DNA of 64,000 bases from Mobula hypostoma (Eukaryota), in contig NC_086097.1 in NCBI RefSeq assembly GCF_963921235.1, forward strand, positions 37,202,001 to 37,266,000. The letters are read 5' to 3'. How positions within the stretch are numbered: the stretch's first letter is position 1; each line of letters opens with the position of its first letter. The notes beneath the pieces are model-generated. The model had not been told where the DNA came from. It did not search any database and was given only the letters and a program-made list of their open reading frames with translations. This document shows, in pieces, positions 25,110 through 37,733 of the stretch. The translations under genes and the position numbers were made by a program.

Positions 25110-27900
25110 GCAAAGATCGGAGACCTCAAGAATGGTCACCTCACGACCCAACCAGAAGCCCTGGCTGAACGCAGAGATGCAGTCCCTACTAAAAGTCCAG
25201 GATGCTGCCTTCAAGTCCAGTGACAGAACAGCGCTTAGAGCAGCCGGGCCGGAAGAAATCTCATCTTAGGTATCAAGAGGGGAGAGACTGCCTATGCACA
25301 AAAAAAAATTCAAGAACACCAGTCTATCAACGCTCCATGGCGTTATGTAGCTGGACATCAAGGGCATTACTGACTACACAAGGAAAAACAACGTTGTCTT
25401 TACCAGAGACACCTTCCTCCCTGACGCTCTATACAACTTGAAGCACGCTTCAATGAATGCAACACAACACCGGCCACAAAAGCTATCTCCCTCCCAGGTG
25501 AGCAGCCACAGTCTGTAACAGCAGCAGTTGTGTGAAGGACTTTGCAGAGAATCAACCTCCATAAGGCAGCCAGGCCAGACAACATCGCAGATCAAGCACT
25601 CAAGGAGGGCTCACACCAGCTCACTAATGTCTTCACAGACATCTTCAGTACTTCACTTATCTGGGCCACTGTCCCACATGTTTCAAATCAGCCACTATCA
25701 TCCCTGTACCAAAGAACTCTACATCTTCAGAACTAAATTTCTACTGAACAGTGGCACTGATGCCAATCATCATGAAGTGCTTTGAACGGCAGATAATGGC
25801 ACACATCAAAAACTCCATTCCTGCCTTAGTGGCCACTCACCAATATGATTACCAACAGAACCACTTTCCAACAGATACCATAGCATCTGTCATTCACCTG
25901 GCCCTGCCACACCTAAAAATCAAGTCAGAATGCTGTTTCTGGATTTCAGTTCAACATTTACACTACTGTCCCACAGACTCTGATGAACAAACTCCTTGTC
26001 ATCGGACGAAATACACCACTGTGTAACAGGGTGTTGGACTTCCTAATCAACAGACCTCAGACGGCCAGAATACACAACTGTTCCTCCCTCCCCATCATCC
26101 TCAACACAGGTGCCCACGGCTGTACACTCTAGTCATACATGACTGCATGGTCAAATGTCAAGTTCAACATCAACAATAGTGGTGAGGCTCATCACCAACA
26201 ACGATGAGATGATCTACAGAGAAGAGGTGGAAGTGCTCGAGGCCTGGTGCCAGGCAAATAACTCCTTCCTTAATGTCAACAAGACAAAGGAGAGGGCTAT
26301 CGACTTCAGGAGAACTCACACCACTCACACCCCCCTTTACATCAGTGGCACAGCAGTGTAAGCTGCAAGAGTTGCCAACTCCAAGCAATGCACATCACAC
26401 ACAACTTCTCATGGACTCAAGACATATCCTACACCATCAAGAAAGCTCACCAATACTCTGCTTTCTGAGGAGGCTGAAGAAAGATGGCCTTTGCACATCC
26501 ATACACATATCATTCTACAGATGCGCAGTAGAGAGCATCCTTACAAGGTGTTGTTGGCTAGAAAGAATGACAATCTACAAATCAGTGAATTCAAATGAAT
26601 CAAGGACAGTGGAAACAGACGGGTTAATTGTCTTTGCTCTTGCCGCATGTTTGGGGATGGAAGCTGCCATTTTGTGAAGACACTCTATTCTCCATTTTGT
26701 GAGTTTGACATGCTGGGCTTGATCAATGTCTTAAAGAAGACACAATGATTCTTCAGGTAATCTGGACTGGAGATCATTTCCAAATAAGAAGTTATTTGTG
26801 AGATGTTCTTTGGTTGGCTATAACATGCAAGTTTGTGAATGTTGGGGTTGATGCCTGCCTGAAGTGATTCGAGCTCATTGCTGATTGAGAACAAACAGCC
26901 ATAAATTATCGACTGTCACTTGATGGGAAGAGGGTAATAAATGGATGCTGGCTTGGAACAGAGCCAATAACAAGGTGTTAAAGGACAGACACATGACCTG
27001 TGGCCAATGACACTGGAATGTAATATTTGAATTGATAAGGAATGGATATAAAAGTTGATGCTTCGTGTGTGCTGGTAGCGGTAACTTTGAAGAATAACCA
27101 TCGCAGATACAAGTGTAAGTAACCCTGTGTGAAACACGTGGCGAGTGAATCGGGACAACGAAGAACGCCTGGCCAGCGTAAACTCCCTTGCCCGGGAAGT
27201 TTGCTACCTTTGCTATTCTTTGACTATTCAGGAGTCAGGGATACCTAGCCAGTGTGCACACAAGGTATTTAGTGTATGAATTCACATACTTAATTAGTTT
27301 CAACAATAAAGGTACATATCAGTAAATACAGATCTCTCTGTGCATCACTAATCATCGCTATAAGTAGTAAGTATTTTTTTTCCAACAGAGTATCACTGCT
27401 ACAGAAACGGCAAAATGGTGGACAGGAAGGCTCTACATTGGATGGTCAAAACTGCCCAATGCATCACTGGCACCAGCCTACCCGCCATTAAGGACATATA
27501 CAGAAAGGTGCCAAAAAAGGGCTAGTAACATCATGAAGGATCCCACACATCCTGCTTATGTACTGTTTGTCCCACTCCCAACAGAGAGGAGGCTACATAG
27601 GATACATGCCAGGACTACCAGACTCAAAAACACTTACTCCCCCACCCCCCCAAAGTAATAACACTGATCAACACCTCCACCCACTAACTCCACCACTACT
27701 TTATTACTTCCTTTCAGTCACCTTATGTATAGTCTAGCATCACTCTATAGACATACAATCGATGCATATAAGCTATTTATTGTGGGGTTGTGATTATTAT
27801 ATGTTCTTTATATTTTGTGTTTTTTGTGCTGCATTTGATCCAGAGTAACAATTATTTCATTCTCCTTATACCTGTGTACAGGAAATGACATTAAACAGTC
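25110..27900 (+). mobile_element. Rex1/Babar-type LINE, decayed ORF plus 3' UTR, interrupted by a solo LTR
   Basis: QKPWLNAE, IMKCFER, LNVNKTKE.AIDFRR, FLRRLKK..FYRCAVESILT, IMKDPTHP motifs across ORFs 25054-26677 and ~27530. Confidence 0.85.
26552..27387 (+). mobile_element. Solo LTR (Gypsy-like, 836 bp)
   Basis: Perfect TGTTGG...CCAACA termini, 4-bp TSD GTGT/GAGT, TATAAAA ~27047 and AATAAA 27305-27310. Removal restores the host LINE frame (..ILTRC|ITA..). Confidence 0.8.
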
Positions 27901-28939
27901 TAGAATTTCTGCCCAGTCTTCATCTTAATTTGCATTGCAACAGAATTAAACAAATCAGAATAATCCTCAACAGTGCATATAAACCATTACAAATTATCTA
28001 CAAACTCTCCTATTTGCCAACATTCAAAGAATAGGATTAACCACACTTGTATTACATCCCACCATCTACATAAATATTTTGAGTCATATGAAACCACAGT
28101 GCTAGGATCTCTGGCTTGATCAAACCAGTTCCTAAACAGCTAATTACCATCCAAAACAAACTGAATGTTTTTGCAATGGGACACAGGACATGTTAATTTA
28201 TCAAGCTGAAAATAACAGTACTTCTTGGAAGTATTAAAGCACAAGAAAGTCAGTTTAACAGATGAATGCTCTATTTGGGCTCAAACTGTTTGGTGTTAAA
28301 ATAAAGCTCTTTATTAAAATGACTGTCCCTAATTAAGTCCACACCGCCATAGCTGAAATAAAATGTCCTAAATTTTGTATAAGCTTCAAACTCAAAATGA
28401 TGTAGGCGTTTGTTGGGATTGAACCTTTTTATTTTTGAATCAATTTAGGAAGTCCTCCAAAAGCCTACCTACAAAATCACCTTTTTGATATAACCAATAA
28501 AACTCTTTACTGCCAGAAAATGTCAAACATGCAGAATCACAATTTAATACATTTTGATTTAACAGTTCTTGCAAAATACACTGTAGATGAATTATTAGTA
28601 GAATGGTTTGGTTGGTAGCATAACAGGAGTGTAAAAGGTTGAAGAGTGAACACAGTCTCACCAATAGGGTGAAATACAAAAAGCATTTGAAGTTACCTGA
28701 AAGAAAAAAATTTTGTTGAATTAGTAATTAAGGTAAAGCCATTGTTTCAGTTAAATGCACATCATAAAGATCAGCACCTTTCTTTAGCTCATTACCCATA
28801 AATTGAACCACAATTAAAAAGCAAAAAAATCAAGTCCTGGGTATAACCATCAGGAATGTAAAAGGTACTTTACTCATTTTTGTGATGTGGGCATTGTTAG
28901 CAAAGTCAGCATTTTGTTATGCCCTTATAGTGATGCTGG

Positions 28940-29230
28940 GACGGCACAGAGCTGATACTTCACAGCTCTAGTAATCTTGATTCGACTTTATCCTCTGGGA
29001 CTCTCTGTGTGGAGTTTGCACATTCTCCAAGCAAGTGTGTGGCTTTCCTCTGGCTGTTCAATTTTTCACCTGCATCCTGATATGGGATAGTACATTAACT
29101 GGCCAATGTAAATTGTCCCTAATGTGTAGGCGAGAGAGATGAAGAAGGATAATGAAGCAAATGTACAAAGGTGTTTATTGGCACAGGCTATGTGGGTCTA
29201 AGACCCATTTCCAAGCTGTATGACTGTGTC
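28940..29230 (+). mobile_element. V-SINE (HE1-like) remnant
   Basis: Conserved V-domain-like ctgtgtggagtttgcacattctcc...ggctttcctc. Confidence 0.6.
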
Positions 29231-29547
29231 TTTTTGAACCAATGCACTCCTTCCAGTGGGTGTAAACAAGTTATTTGCATCATGAGTACACAAAAGCCCT
29301 ACGTAAAGAAACATAAAGAGTACCTCACCATCTGCTTACCTTCCTATCCCATTAGACATCTCCTGAATCAATCACCACTGAACCTACAAAACTGCAGTCA
29401 AGGCAATTCATTCTTGATCCATCAAGACCACTGAAAATCATCCTCTATTGCAGATTTGCCAAACTGACATTTTTAGGTAGTGCTTCAGGCATGCCCTCAT
29501 TGAACCAGTTTGATCCACTGGCTTGATTGTAATGAAAGGGTGAGGAT

Positions 29548-32500
29548 ATAAGACCATAAGACAAAGGAGCAGGTCAAAGAACACTGAGGCTGTCTACAAG
29601 AAAGGCCAGAGCCATCTCTATTTCCTGAGGAGACTGAGGTCCTTTAACATCAGCCGGACGATGCTGAGGATATTCTACGAGTCTGTGGTGGCCACTGCTA
29701 TCATGTTTGCTGTTGTGTGCTGGGGCAGCAGGCTGAGGGTGGCAGACACCAACAGAATCAACAAAGTCATTTGTAAGGCCAGTGATGTTGTGGGGATGGA
29801 ACTAGACTCTCTCACGGTGGTGTCTGAAAAGAGGATGCTGTCTAAGTTGCATGCCATCTTGGTCAATGTCTCCCATCCACTACATAATGTACTGGTTGGG
29901 CACAGGAGTACATTCAGCCAGAGACTCATCCCACCGAGATGCAGCACTGAGCGTCATAGAAAGTCATTCCTGCCTGTGGCTGTCAAACTTTACAACTCCT
30001 CCCTTAGAGGGTCAGACATCCTGAGCCAATAGGCTGGTCCTGGACTTATTTCATAATTTACTGGCATAATTTACATATTACTATTTAACTATTTATGGTT
30101 CTATTACTATTTATTATTTATGGAGCAACTGTAACGAAAACCAGTTTCCCCCAGGATTAATAAACTATGACTAAGTCGGCCATTCGGCCCATTGAGTCTG
30201 CTCCGCCATTTCATCATGAGCTGATCCATTCTCCCATTTAGTCCCACTCCCCCACCTTCTCACCATAACCTTTGATGCCCTGGCTACTCAGATACATATC
30301 GATCTCTGCCTTAAATACACTCAATGACTTGGCCTCCACTGCCTCCTGTGGCAACAAATTCCATAGATTCACCACCCTCTGGCTAAAAAAATTCCTTCGC
30401 ATTTCTGTTCTGAAAGGGCGCCCTTCAATCCTTAAGTCATGCCCTCTCGTACTAGACTCCCCCATCATGGGAAACAACTTTGCCACATCCACTCTGTCCA
30501 TGCCTTTCAACATTCGAAATGTTTCTATGAGGTCTCCCCTCATTCTTCTAAACTCCAAGGAATACAGTCCAAGAGCGGACAAACGTTCCTCATATGTTAA
30601 CCCTCTCATTCCTGGAATCATTCTAGTGAATTTTCTCTGTACCCTCTCCAACGTCAGCACATCCTTTCTTAAATAAGGAGACCAAAACTGCCCACAGTAC
30701 TCCAAGTGAGGTCTCACCAGCGCCTTACAGAGCCTCAACATCACATCCCTGCTCCTATACTCTATTCCTCTAGAAATGAATGCCAACATTGCATTCTCCT
30801 TCTTCACCACCGACTCAACCTGGAGGTTAACCTTAGGCTATCTTGTACGAGGACTCCCAAGTCCCGTTGCATCTCAGAACTTTGAATTCTTTCCCCATTT
30901 AAATAATAATCTGCCCGTTTATTTCTTCTGCCAAAGTGCATAACCATACACTTTCCAACATTGTATTTCATTTGACACTTCTTTGCCCATTCTTCCAATC
31001 TATCCAAGTCTCTCTGCAGACTCTCCGTTTCCTCAGCACCTATCTTCGTATCATCAGTAAACATAGCCACAAAGCCACTTATTCCATAATCCAAATCATT
31101 GATGTACAATGTAAAAAGAAGCGGCCCCAACACAGACCCCTGTGGAACACCACTGGTAACCGGCAGCCAACCAGATTAGGATCCCTTTATTCCCACTCTC
31201 TATTTCCTGCCAATCAGCCAACGCTCTATTCATGTATGTAACTTTCCCATAATTCCATGGGCTCTTATATTGTTAAGTAGCCTCATGTGTGGCACCTTGT
31301 CAAAGTCCTTCTGAAAATCCAAATATACAACATCCACTGCATCTCCCTTGTCTAGCCTACTTGTAATTTCCTCAAAAAATTGTAATAGGTTTGTCAGGCA
31401 GGATTTTCCTTTAAGGAATCCATGCTGAGTTCTGCCCATCTTATCATATGCCTCCAGGTACTCTGTCACCTCATCCTTGACAATCGACTCCAACAACTTC
31501 CCAACCACCGATGTCAAGCTAACAGATCTATAATTTCCTTTTTGCTTCCTTGCCCCCTTCTTAAATAGCGGAGTGACATTTGCAATCTTCCAGTCCTCCG
31601 GAACCATGCCAGAATCCATCGACTTTTGAAAGATCATCGCTAATGCCGCCGCAATCTCCACAGCTACTTCCTTCAGAACACGCAGGTGCATTCCATCTGG
31701 TCCGGGTGATTTATCTACCTTTAGCCTATTCAGCTTCCTGAGGACTTTCTCGGTCGTTATTGTGACTGCACACACTTCTCTTCCCTGCCACCCTTGAGTG
31801 TCTGGCATACTGCTGTCTTCCTCAGTGAAGACTGATGCAAAATACTTGTTCAGTTCCTCTGCCATCTCCTCATCTCCCATTACAATTTCTCCAGCATCAT
31901 TTTCTATCGGTCCTATATCTACTCTCACCTGTCTTTTACTCTTTATATACTTGAAAAAGCTTTCAGTATTCTCTTCGATATTATTTGCTAGCTTCCTTTC
32001 ATAGTTAATCTTTTCTCTCTTAATGACCTTCTTGGTTTCCTTTTGTAAGGTTTTAAAAACTTCCCAGTCCTCTCTCTTCCCACTAATTTTTGCTTCCTTG
32101 TATGCCCTCTCTTTTGCTTTAACTTTGGCTTTGACTTCTCTTGTCAACCACGGTTGCATCCTTTTTCCACTCGAAAATTTCTTCTTTTTTGAAATATACC
32201 TGTCTTGTACATTCCTCATTTCTCGCATAAACTCCAGCCACTGCTGCTCTGCTGTCTTTCCCGCCAGTGTCTCTTTCCAGTCAACTTTGGCCAGTTCCTC
32301 TCTCATGCCACTGTAATTTCCTTTACTCCACTGAAATACCGACACATCAGATTTCGGCTTCTCTTTTTCAAATTTCACAGTAAAATCAATCATGTTATGA
32401 TCACTGCCTCCTCATGGTTCCTTCACCTCAATCTCTCTAATCACCTCTGGTTCATTACACAATACCCAATCCAGTACAGCCGATCCTCTAGTGGGCTCAA

Positions 32501-32946
32501 CAACAAGCTGTTCTAAAAAGCCATCTCGCAGACATTCTACAAATTCTCTCTCTTGAGATCCAGTGCCGACCTGATTTTCCCAATCCACTCGCATGTTAAA
32601 ATCCCCCACAATTGTCATAACACTGCCCTTCTGACAAGCCTTTTCTATTTCCTGTTGTAATTTGTAGTCCACATCACTGCAGCTGTTTGGAGGCCTATAA
32701 ATAACTGCCATCAGGGTCCTTTTACCCCTGCGATTTCTTAGCTGAACACAAAGATTCTGCACCTTCTGATCCTATATCACCTCTTTCTAATATTTAATAT
32801 CATTTCTTACCAATAAAGCCACGCCTCCCCCTCTGCCTACCTTCCTATCCTTCCAATACACCGTGTATCCTTGGACGTTCAGCTCCCAGAGACATGCATC
32901 CTTTAGCCACGTCTCAGTGATGGCCACAATATCATACCTGCCAATC
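29548..32946 (-). mobile_element. 5'-truncated CR1 LINE (APE + RT), with its 3' tail split by a Rex1/Babar insertion
   Basis: ORFs 32412..32762, 31230..32393, 30804..31133, 30238..30810. Tail ataagaccataagacaaaggagcag (29548-29572) continues at aagtcggccattcggccc (30173). Confidence 0.93.
29573..30172 (+). mobile_element. Well-preserved Rex1/Babar-type 3' fragment nested in the CR1 3' UTR
   Basis: ORF 29661..30032 (MLRIFYESVVA.AIMFAVVCWGS...HPLH...SFLPVAVKLYN). Ends aataaactatgact. Confidence 0.85.
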
Positions 32947-33869
32947 ATATGCCAGCCAAAAGGTTAAAGATGGAGTCAGGGAACAATTCTGCTGTTGATC
33001 AGGGTCTACAATGCCAACAGCAGCAATGTTCTTCCATACTAGGTACTAAGCATTTAGTGGAGTTGCTAAAACCATTTTTGGTGAAGGTGGTGATGAACTA
33101 TCTACTTGAATTGCTGTAGTCATTCTATTGAAGGCATTCCCACAATAAAGTCTGGAGTATTCAAAAATTTAGGGCCCAGCAACAAGGAAGAAATATGTTG
33201 TATTTTCATATAAAAATGACTCATCTAAAAAGGGAACTTGCAGAGGGCTGGGTTCCAATAAACTTGCAAATCATGTTACAGTATTTTAAAGGTCAACATT
33301 TGAGTTCATGTGTTTGTGAAATGCTGTTAAAGTAGATGAGACAAGTAATTGCAAACTATTTGGTAGATTTTACCCATTGAAGCCAAAGTGTAATGGCTAT
33401 GGAGAGCAAGAATGTTCAGGGTGCCAATTAATCTACTGCTTCACTCTGAGGGTGACGAACTTCACCAAAGTTGTTGGTGATGTACTTATATAATCCATCA
33501 TACAGCTTACTTCTGGCCTTACAGATGGTGGAAAGGCTTTAGGGTTTCAAAATATCATAATCATTCAAAAAAATTAGAAAATAAATTTTACTGATTTTAC
33601 ACTGAACTAAACATTATATTTTGATGTTATTCTACCAAAGGGAGGGAGGGAACATTCAGTGATATGTGTGATTCCAGTAAGAGGTTTCTAAATTTTATTA
33701 CAATTTGTACTTCAGTAATCATCATCAGTGATCACTCGAGTCGAGTATGATTCTTCTGATGGTTGATCCGGTCACTTGTGATTCTTGAGATGACTGTATA
33801 TTCAACAAAATACACCTCAAATCAATCCAGAAAGAAAAAGAAAAAAAGAATTGAACTGTGTGTAGCTCA

Positions 33870-35180
33870 AAGTAAAATTATCAAACTACATACGGTATAT
33901 GTCACCATGTACAATCCTGATTCATTCTTTTGCAGGTATTTACAGTAAATACAGAATCACAATAGAATCCATGAAAGACCACACTCAATAGGATGTAAAA
34001 CCAATGTGCAAAAGACAACAGCTGAGCAAATACAAAAAGAGTGGGAGGAAAGAAAAAATAGATAGATGTAGATAAGCAAGCAATAAATATCTAGAACATG
34101 AGATCAAGAGACCTTGAAAGTGATTCCATAAGTTGTGGGAACAGTTCAGTGATGGGGTGAGTGAAGTTGAGTGAAATTACCCTCTCTAGATCAAGAGCCT
34201 GATGGTTGAGGGTTAATGACTGTTCCTGAACCTGGTGCTGTGGGTTCCAAAGCTCCTGTACCTCCTTCTTGATGGCAGCAGTGAAAAGAGAACATGGCCT
34301 TGATGGTGTTAGTCCTTGATGATGGATGCTGCTTTCCTGCATCAGTGCTCAATGATGGAGAGGGCTTTACCCATAATGGACTGAGCTGCATCTACTAATT
34401 TTTGTAGGCGTTTCCATTCAAGGACATTGGTGTTCCCATACCAGGCCATGATCCAAAAGCCAATATACTCTCCACCGCACATCTATAAAAGTATGTCGAA
34501 GTTTTAGCTGACACGCCAAATCTTCACAAACATCGAAGAAGGTAGAGGCCTGCCATACCTTCTTCAGAATGGCACTTACGTGCTGGATCTAGGACAGGTC
34601 CTCTGAAATGATATCACTGAGGAATCTAAAGTTCCACCTCTGATCCCCCAATAATAACTGACTCATGGATCTTTGGTTTCCTCCTCCTGGAGTCAATAAT
34701 CAGCTCTTTGGTTTTTCTGACATCTAGTGAGAAATTGTTATTGTTGTTACGTTTTGTAACTCCAAAAAACAAACAAAAGAAAAAAAAACAGGAGCTGGCA
34801 TATAGTTTGCCTACTTTGCTGCTTTTAAGTGAGGAGTTCACATATGACATGGTGGCGTAATAACATATGCCATTCACGTACCTCTTACATATACCCTATT
34901 ATGAATTATGTAAACAAACATTGTTTGATTAAGCATTCTATTCATAATATTACTGAAATATTAATATACTACAACTGGTGCCGCACTATTCAGCCATAAT
35001 TTCAGTCTCGCTCCTATATGCTGATTTGTCAGCAACTTTGATTCAGCCAACAACCGTGGTGTCATCAGCAAACTTAAATATAGCATTGGAGCTGTGCTTA
35101 GCCTCAAAGTCATAAGCATAAATTGAGTAGAGCAGAGGTCTAAGCACACAGTCTTGTGGTGCACCTGTGCTGATGGTGAT
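33870..35180 (-). mobile_element. Rex1/Babar-type LINE 3' part with a short LTR-like insert at ~34745-34975
   Basis: TGAPQDCVLRPLLYS...KFADDTTVVG (35043..35291) and LDVRKTKELIID (34626..34877). Confidence 0.82.
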
Positions 35181-36339
35181 GATTGCAAAGAAGTAACAAA
35201 CAGCAATACAACATGACAAACTGTGGAAGAAATTTTCAGAATTGGCTAGGCCAGCAATGAACTGAAAGACATAGGAACTAGTGGGATTCAAATATGAAAC
35301 TGTTAAGACAAAAAGAGGCAGCTTGACTTCACTTGTCTGTACTGCATTAAACCTCTACAGAAAACATATCCTGTTCCTTCCTTCAGATTTCTATTCAACC
35401 AAAATGGTGTCATTGCTTCACTACTAACTACAATCCACAATCTAAAATAGTTTCTTCTGCTTTCTGTACTAAGTCACTTATTATTCACAATAGCCAGATC
35501 AATCAATCAGATGGTTAAGATTCATGGGATTAATTGCTATCAGAGGGCTGAATACCCATTGGCTGCCCACTCACCAAAACCATTTGCCATATTACTAAGA
35601 GCTAGTACCTCCCAAACTTAGCATCAGAAGACAGCCCACCATTCAACAATCCAGCCTTGCCATTTTTTTCTGCACCAGTAGACCTTTGAGTATTAAGTCT
35701 CTGGCCTTGACAAGAAACAGAATCTCTGACGAGAAAGGTTAACTATGTAAATATTATGCACTCATATAATTGTTTGCCCAAAACATCAAAAACGGAGCTG
35801 AGGTTATTTTGGGAAAACAGATAAGAAAAAGACTAAAGCTTGCCTCATTTCAAATCCCCACTTCCCACCAATGAGACAACTCCCTAACCTGAAAGGGACA
35901 CTGCCAGAAAAGTCATCCAATATTTTCCAAAGTAATCACATGTGAAACAAAGGAGGTATCAATGTGGCATCAATGCCAGTCACATTACCACACCTGTGTG
36001 CTAACACATGTGCTCCTTGTCTTCCTTCAGCTTCCTTTTTACAATGTTCTCCTTACAACTGTAGATTTACTGTTTTACTTAAATTCATCATTAAAATCTT
36101 TTACTGAATAACTAGATGAAGATGAAAAGTCATGGCTGATTTGAGTAATAAATAACAAACCTTAAATATCACTATGCAACTGTTAAACAAGTCAGTGTAA
36201 AATGATGAAAGATGAATACAAAAAGTTTCAATTAATAGATAATTAATGGCACATTAAAGACTTTGTATTCATCTTTACAAGAGATGAAAATAGGAAGAAA
36301 CAAGAATTTGATAAGACTGAGTAATTAATTAGCAAATAA

Positions 36340-37390
36340 AATGCACTAAAATCTATTGAGACTAAAAATCAAGTTATTCCCTGCATTAAAAAGCCTACAA
36401 TTTTGGAAATGAAAAGAAAGATGAATGCAGAAATAGTTGATGCTTGGTAGGGTCCAATATTCCCTTGGTTCTTGCTAGTGAAATTCTAGAGCAGAAGCAC
36501 CTGTTAGGTTTAATCAAACCAGGGTATTTAAAAATATCATACTCAATTAAGCAGAGTCAATGTTAATTTGTGAAAGGGCAATAGTTTTTTCTTCAAATTT
36601 AATAAAATTTTCTGAAGATATAGCAAGATCAGATGCCATACAAATAAATTTTCAGTAGGCATTGCATGTCAAACCAAAGGCCCTTGGGGTAGGATTAATA
36701 CAAGCACAGATAAAGGATAGATTAAAGGCCAAAAGACAAAAGAAATGGATCATCCACAATCTGGTAGTCTTTCTCCAACAGAATGCTGTTAGAATCAGTG
36801 CTGGACTTCCACTAATTACAATCGACATGGGGACAAAGGAGAATCTACACAATATGGCACCTCTATAAAACTGGAAGGAAAAGTAAATTATGAATAACAA
36901 CAAACTAAGAGAAAAACTTGAACCCAAAATTGATAGAGAGTTGAATTGAGTGGGCAAAAAAGTGGTAACTGAAAGGTAATGCAAGAAAATGATGAGGTAA
37001 TTATTTTGGTAGGATGGATAGAAAAAAATATTAAATGACAAATAAGTGTTAAAAATCCGTTCCAAGGGCTCAAGGTGTCCTTGTATACAAAACATGAGGT
37101 GATTAACCAGCGGATTCAGCAATAATTAGGAAAGTAAATACTGTAGTGATGAATTTTATTGCCAGAGGATTTGACTTCAGATTAAGGTAATCCTGCCGCA
37201 AATTGTACAACTTTTCCAAATCAAGGGTACACTTACCTTTGTGACAATGCAATGAAGACTTGCTAGATTGATTAATGGGTTTGCAAAATGGACAGCTGTT
37301 ATTCTGCAAGTACATATAGTACATATTGAACAAGATGATCTTACATTCACTGATGCTTACAAGAACCAGAGGTGATCTCAGTGAGAGCAA
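36340..37390 (+). mobile_element. Very old CR1 RT remnants
   Basis: Degenerate QHGFVKG-like (agtcaatgttaatttgtgaaagggc) and RGDL-like (agaggtgatctc) motifs. Confidence 0.5.
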
Positions 37391-37733
37391 ACAAAAGTGT
37401 TTCTGAGATTGAATCCTCTGGATGCAGAATCAGTAAATTGGTTTATTATGGGCACAGGTACTAAAGTACAAGGGAAATATTGGCTTGCATAGCATCCATG
37501 CAGATCAATTCACTATAAAAGTGAATTAAGATAATACAAGGTAAACAATAATAATGTAGAATAAAGTATTACAGTACAGAGAAAGTATGTGCAGGTAGAT
37601 GTTAAGGAACAAAATCACAGCAAGGTAATTGTGAGGTCAAGACTCCAGCTTATTGTACAAGGGAACCATTAAATAGCTTTATAAAAGCAGGACAGAATCT
37701 GTCATTGAGTCTGCTTTTAGGCGACCATCACAG

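Noticed and set aside
33718..33770. Imperfect palindrome around cactcgagtcgagt
   Set aside because: Short and isolated, probably a repeat-tail remnant. No supporting structure or second copy seen.
36652..37122. 156-aa hydrophobic minus-strand ORF
   Set aside because: Antisense of A-rich decayed CR1 sequence; compositional artefact.
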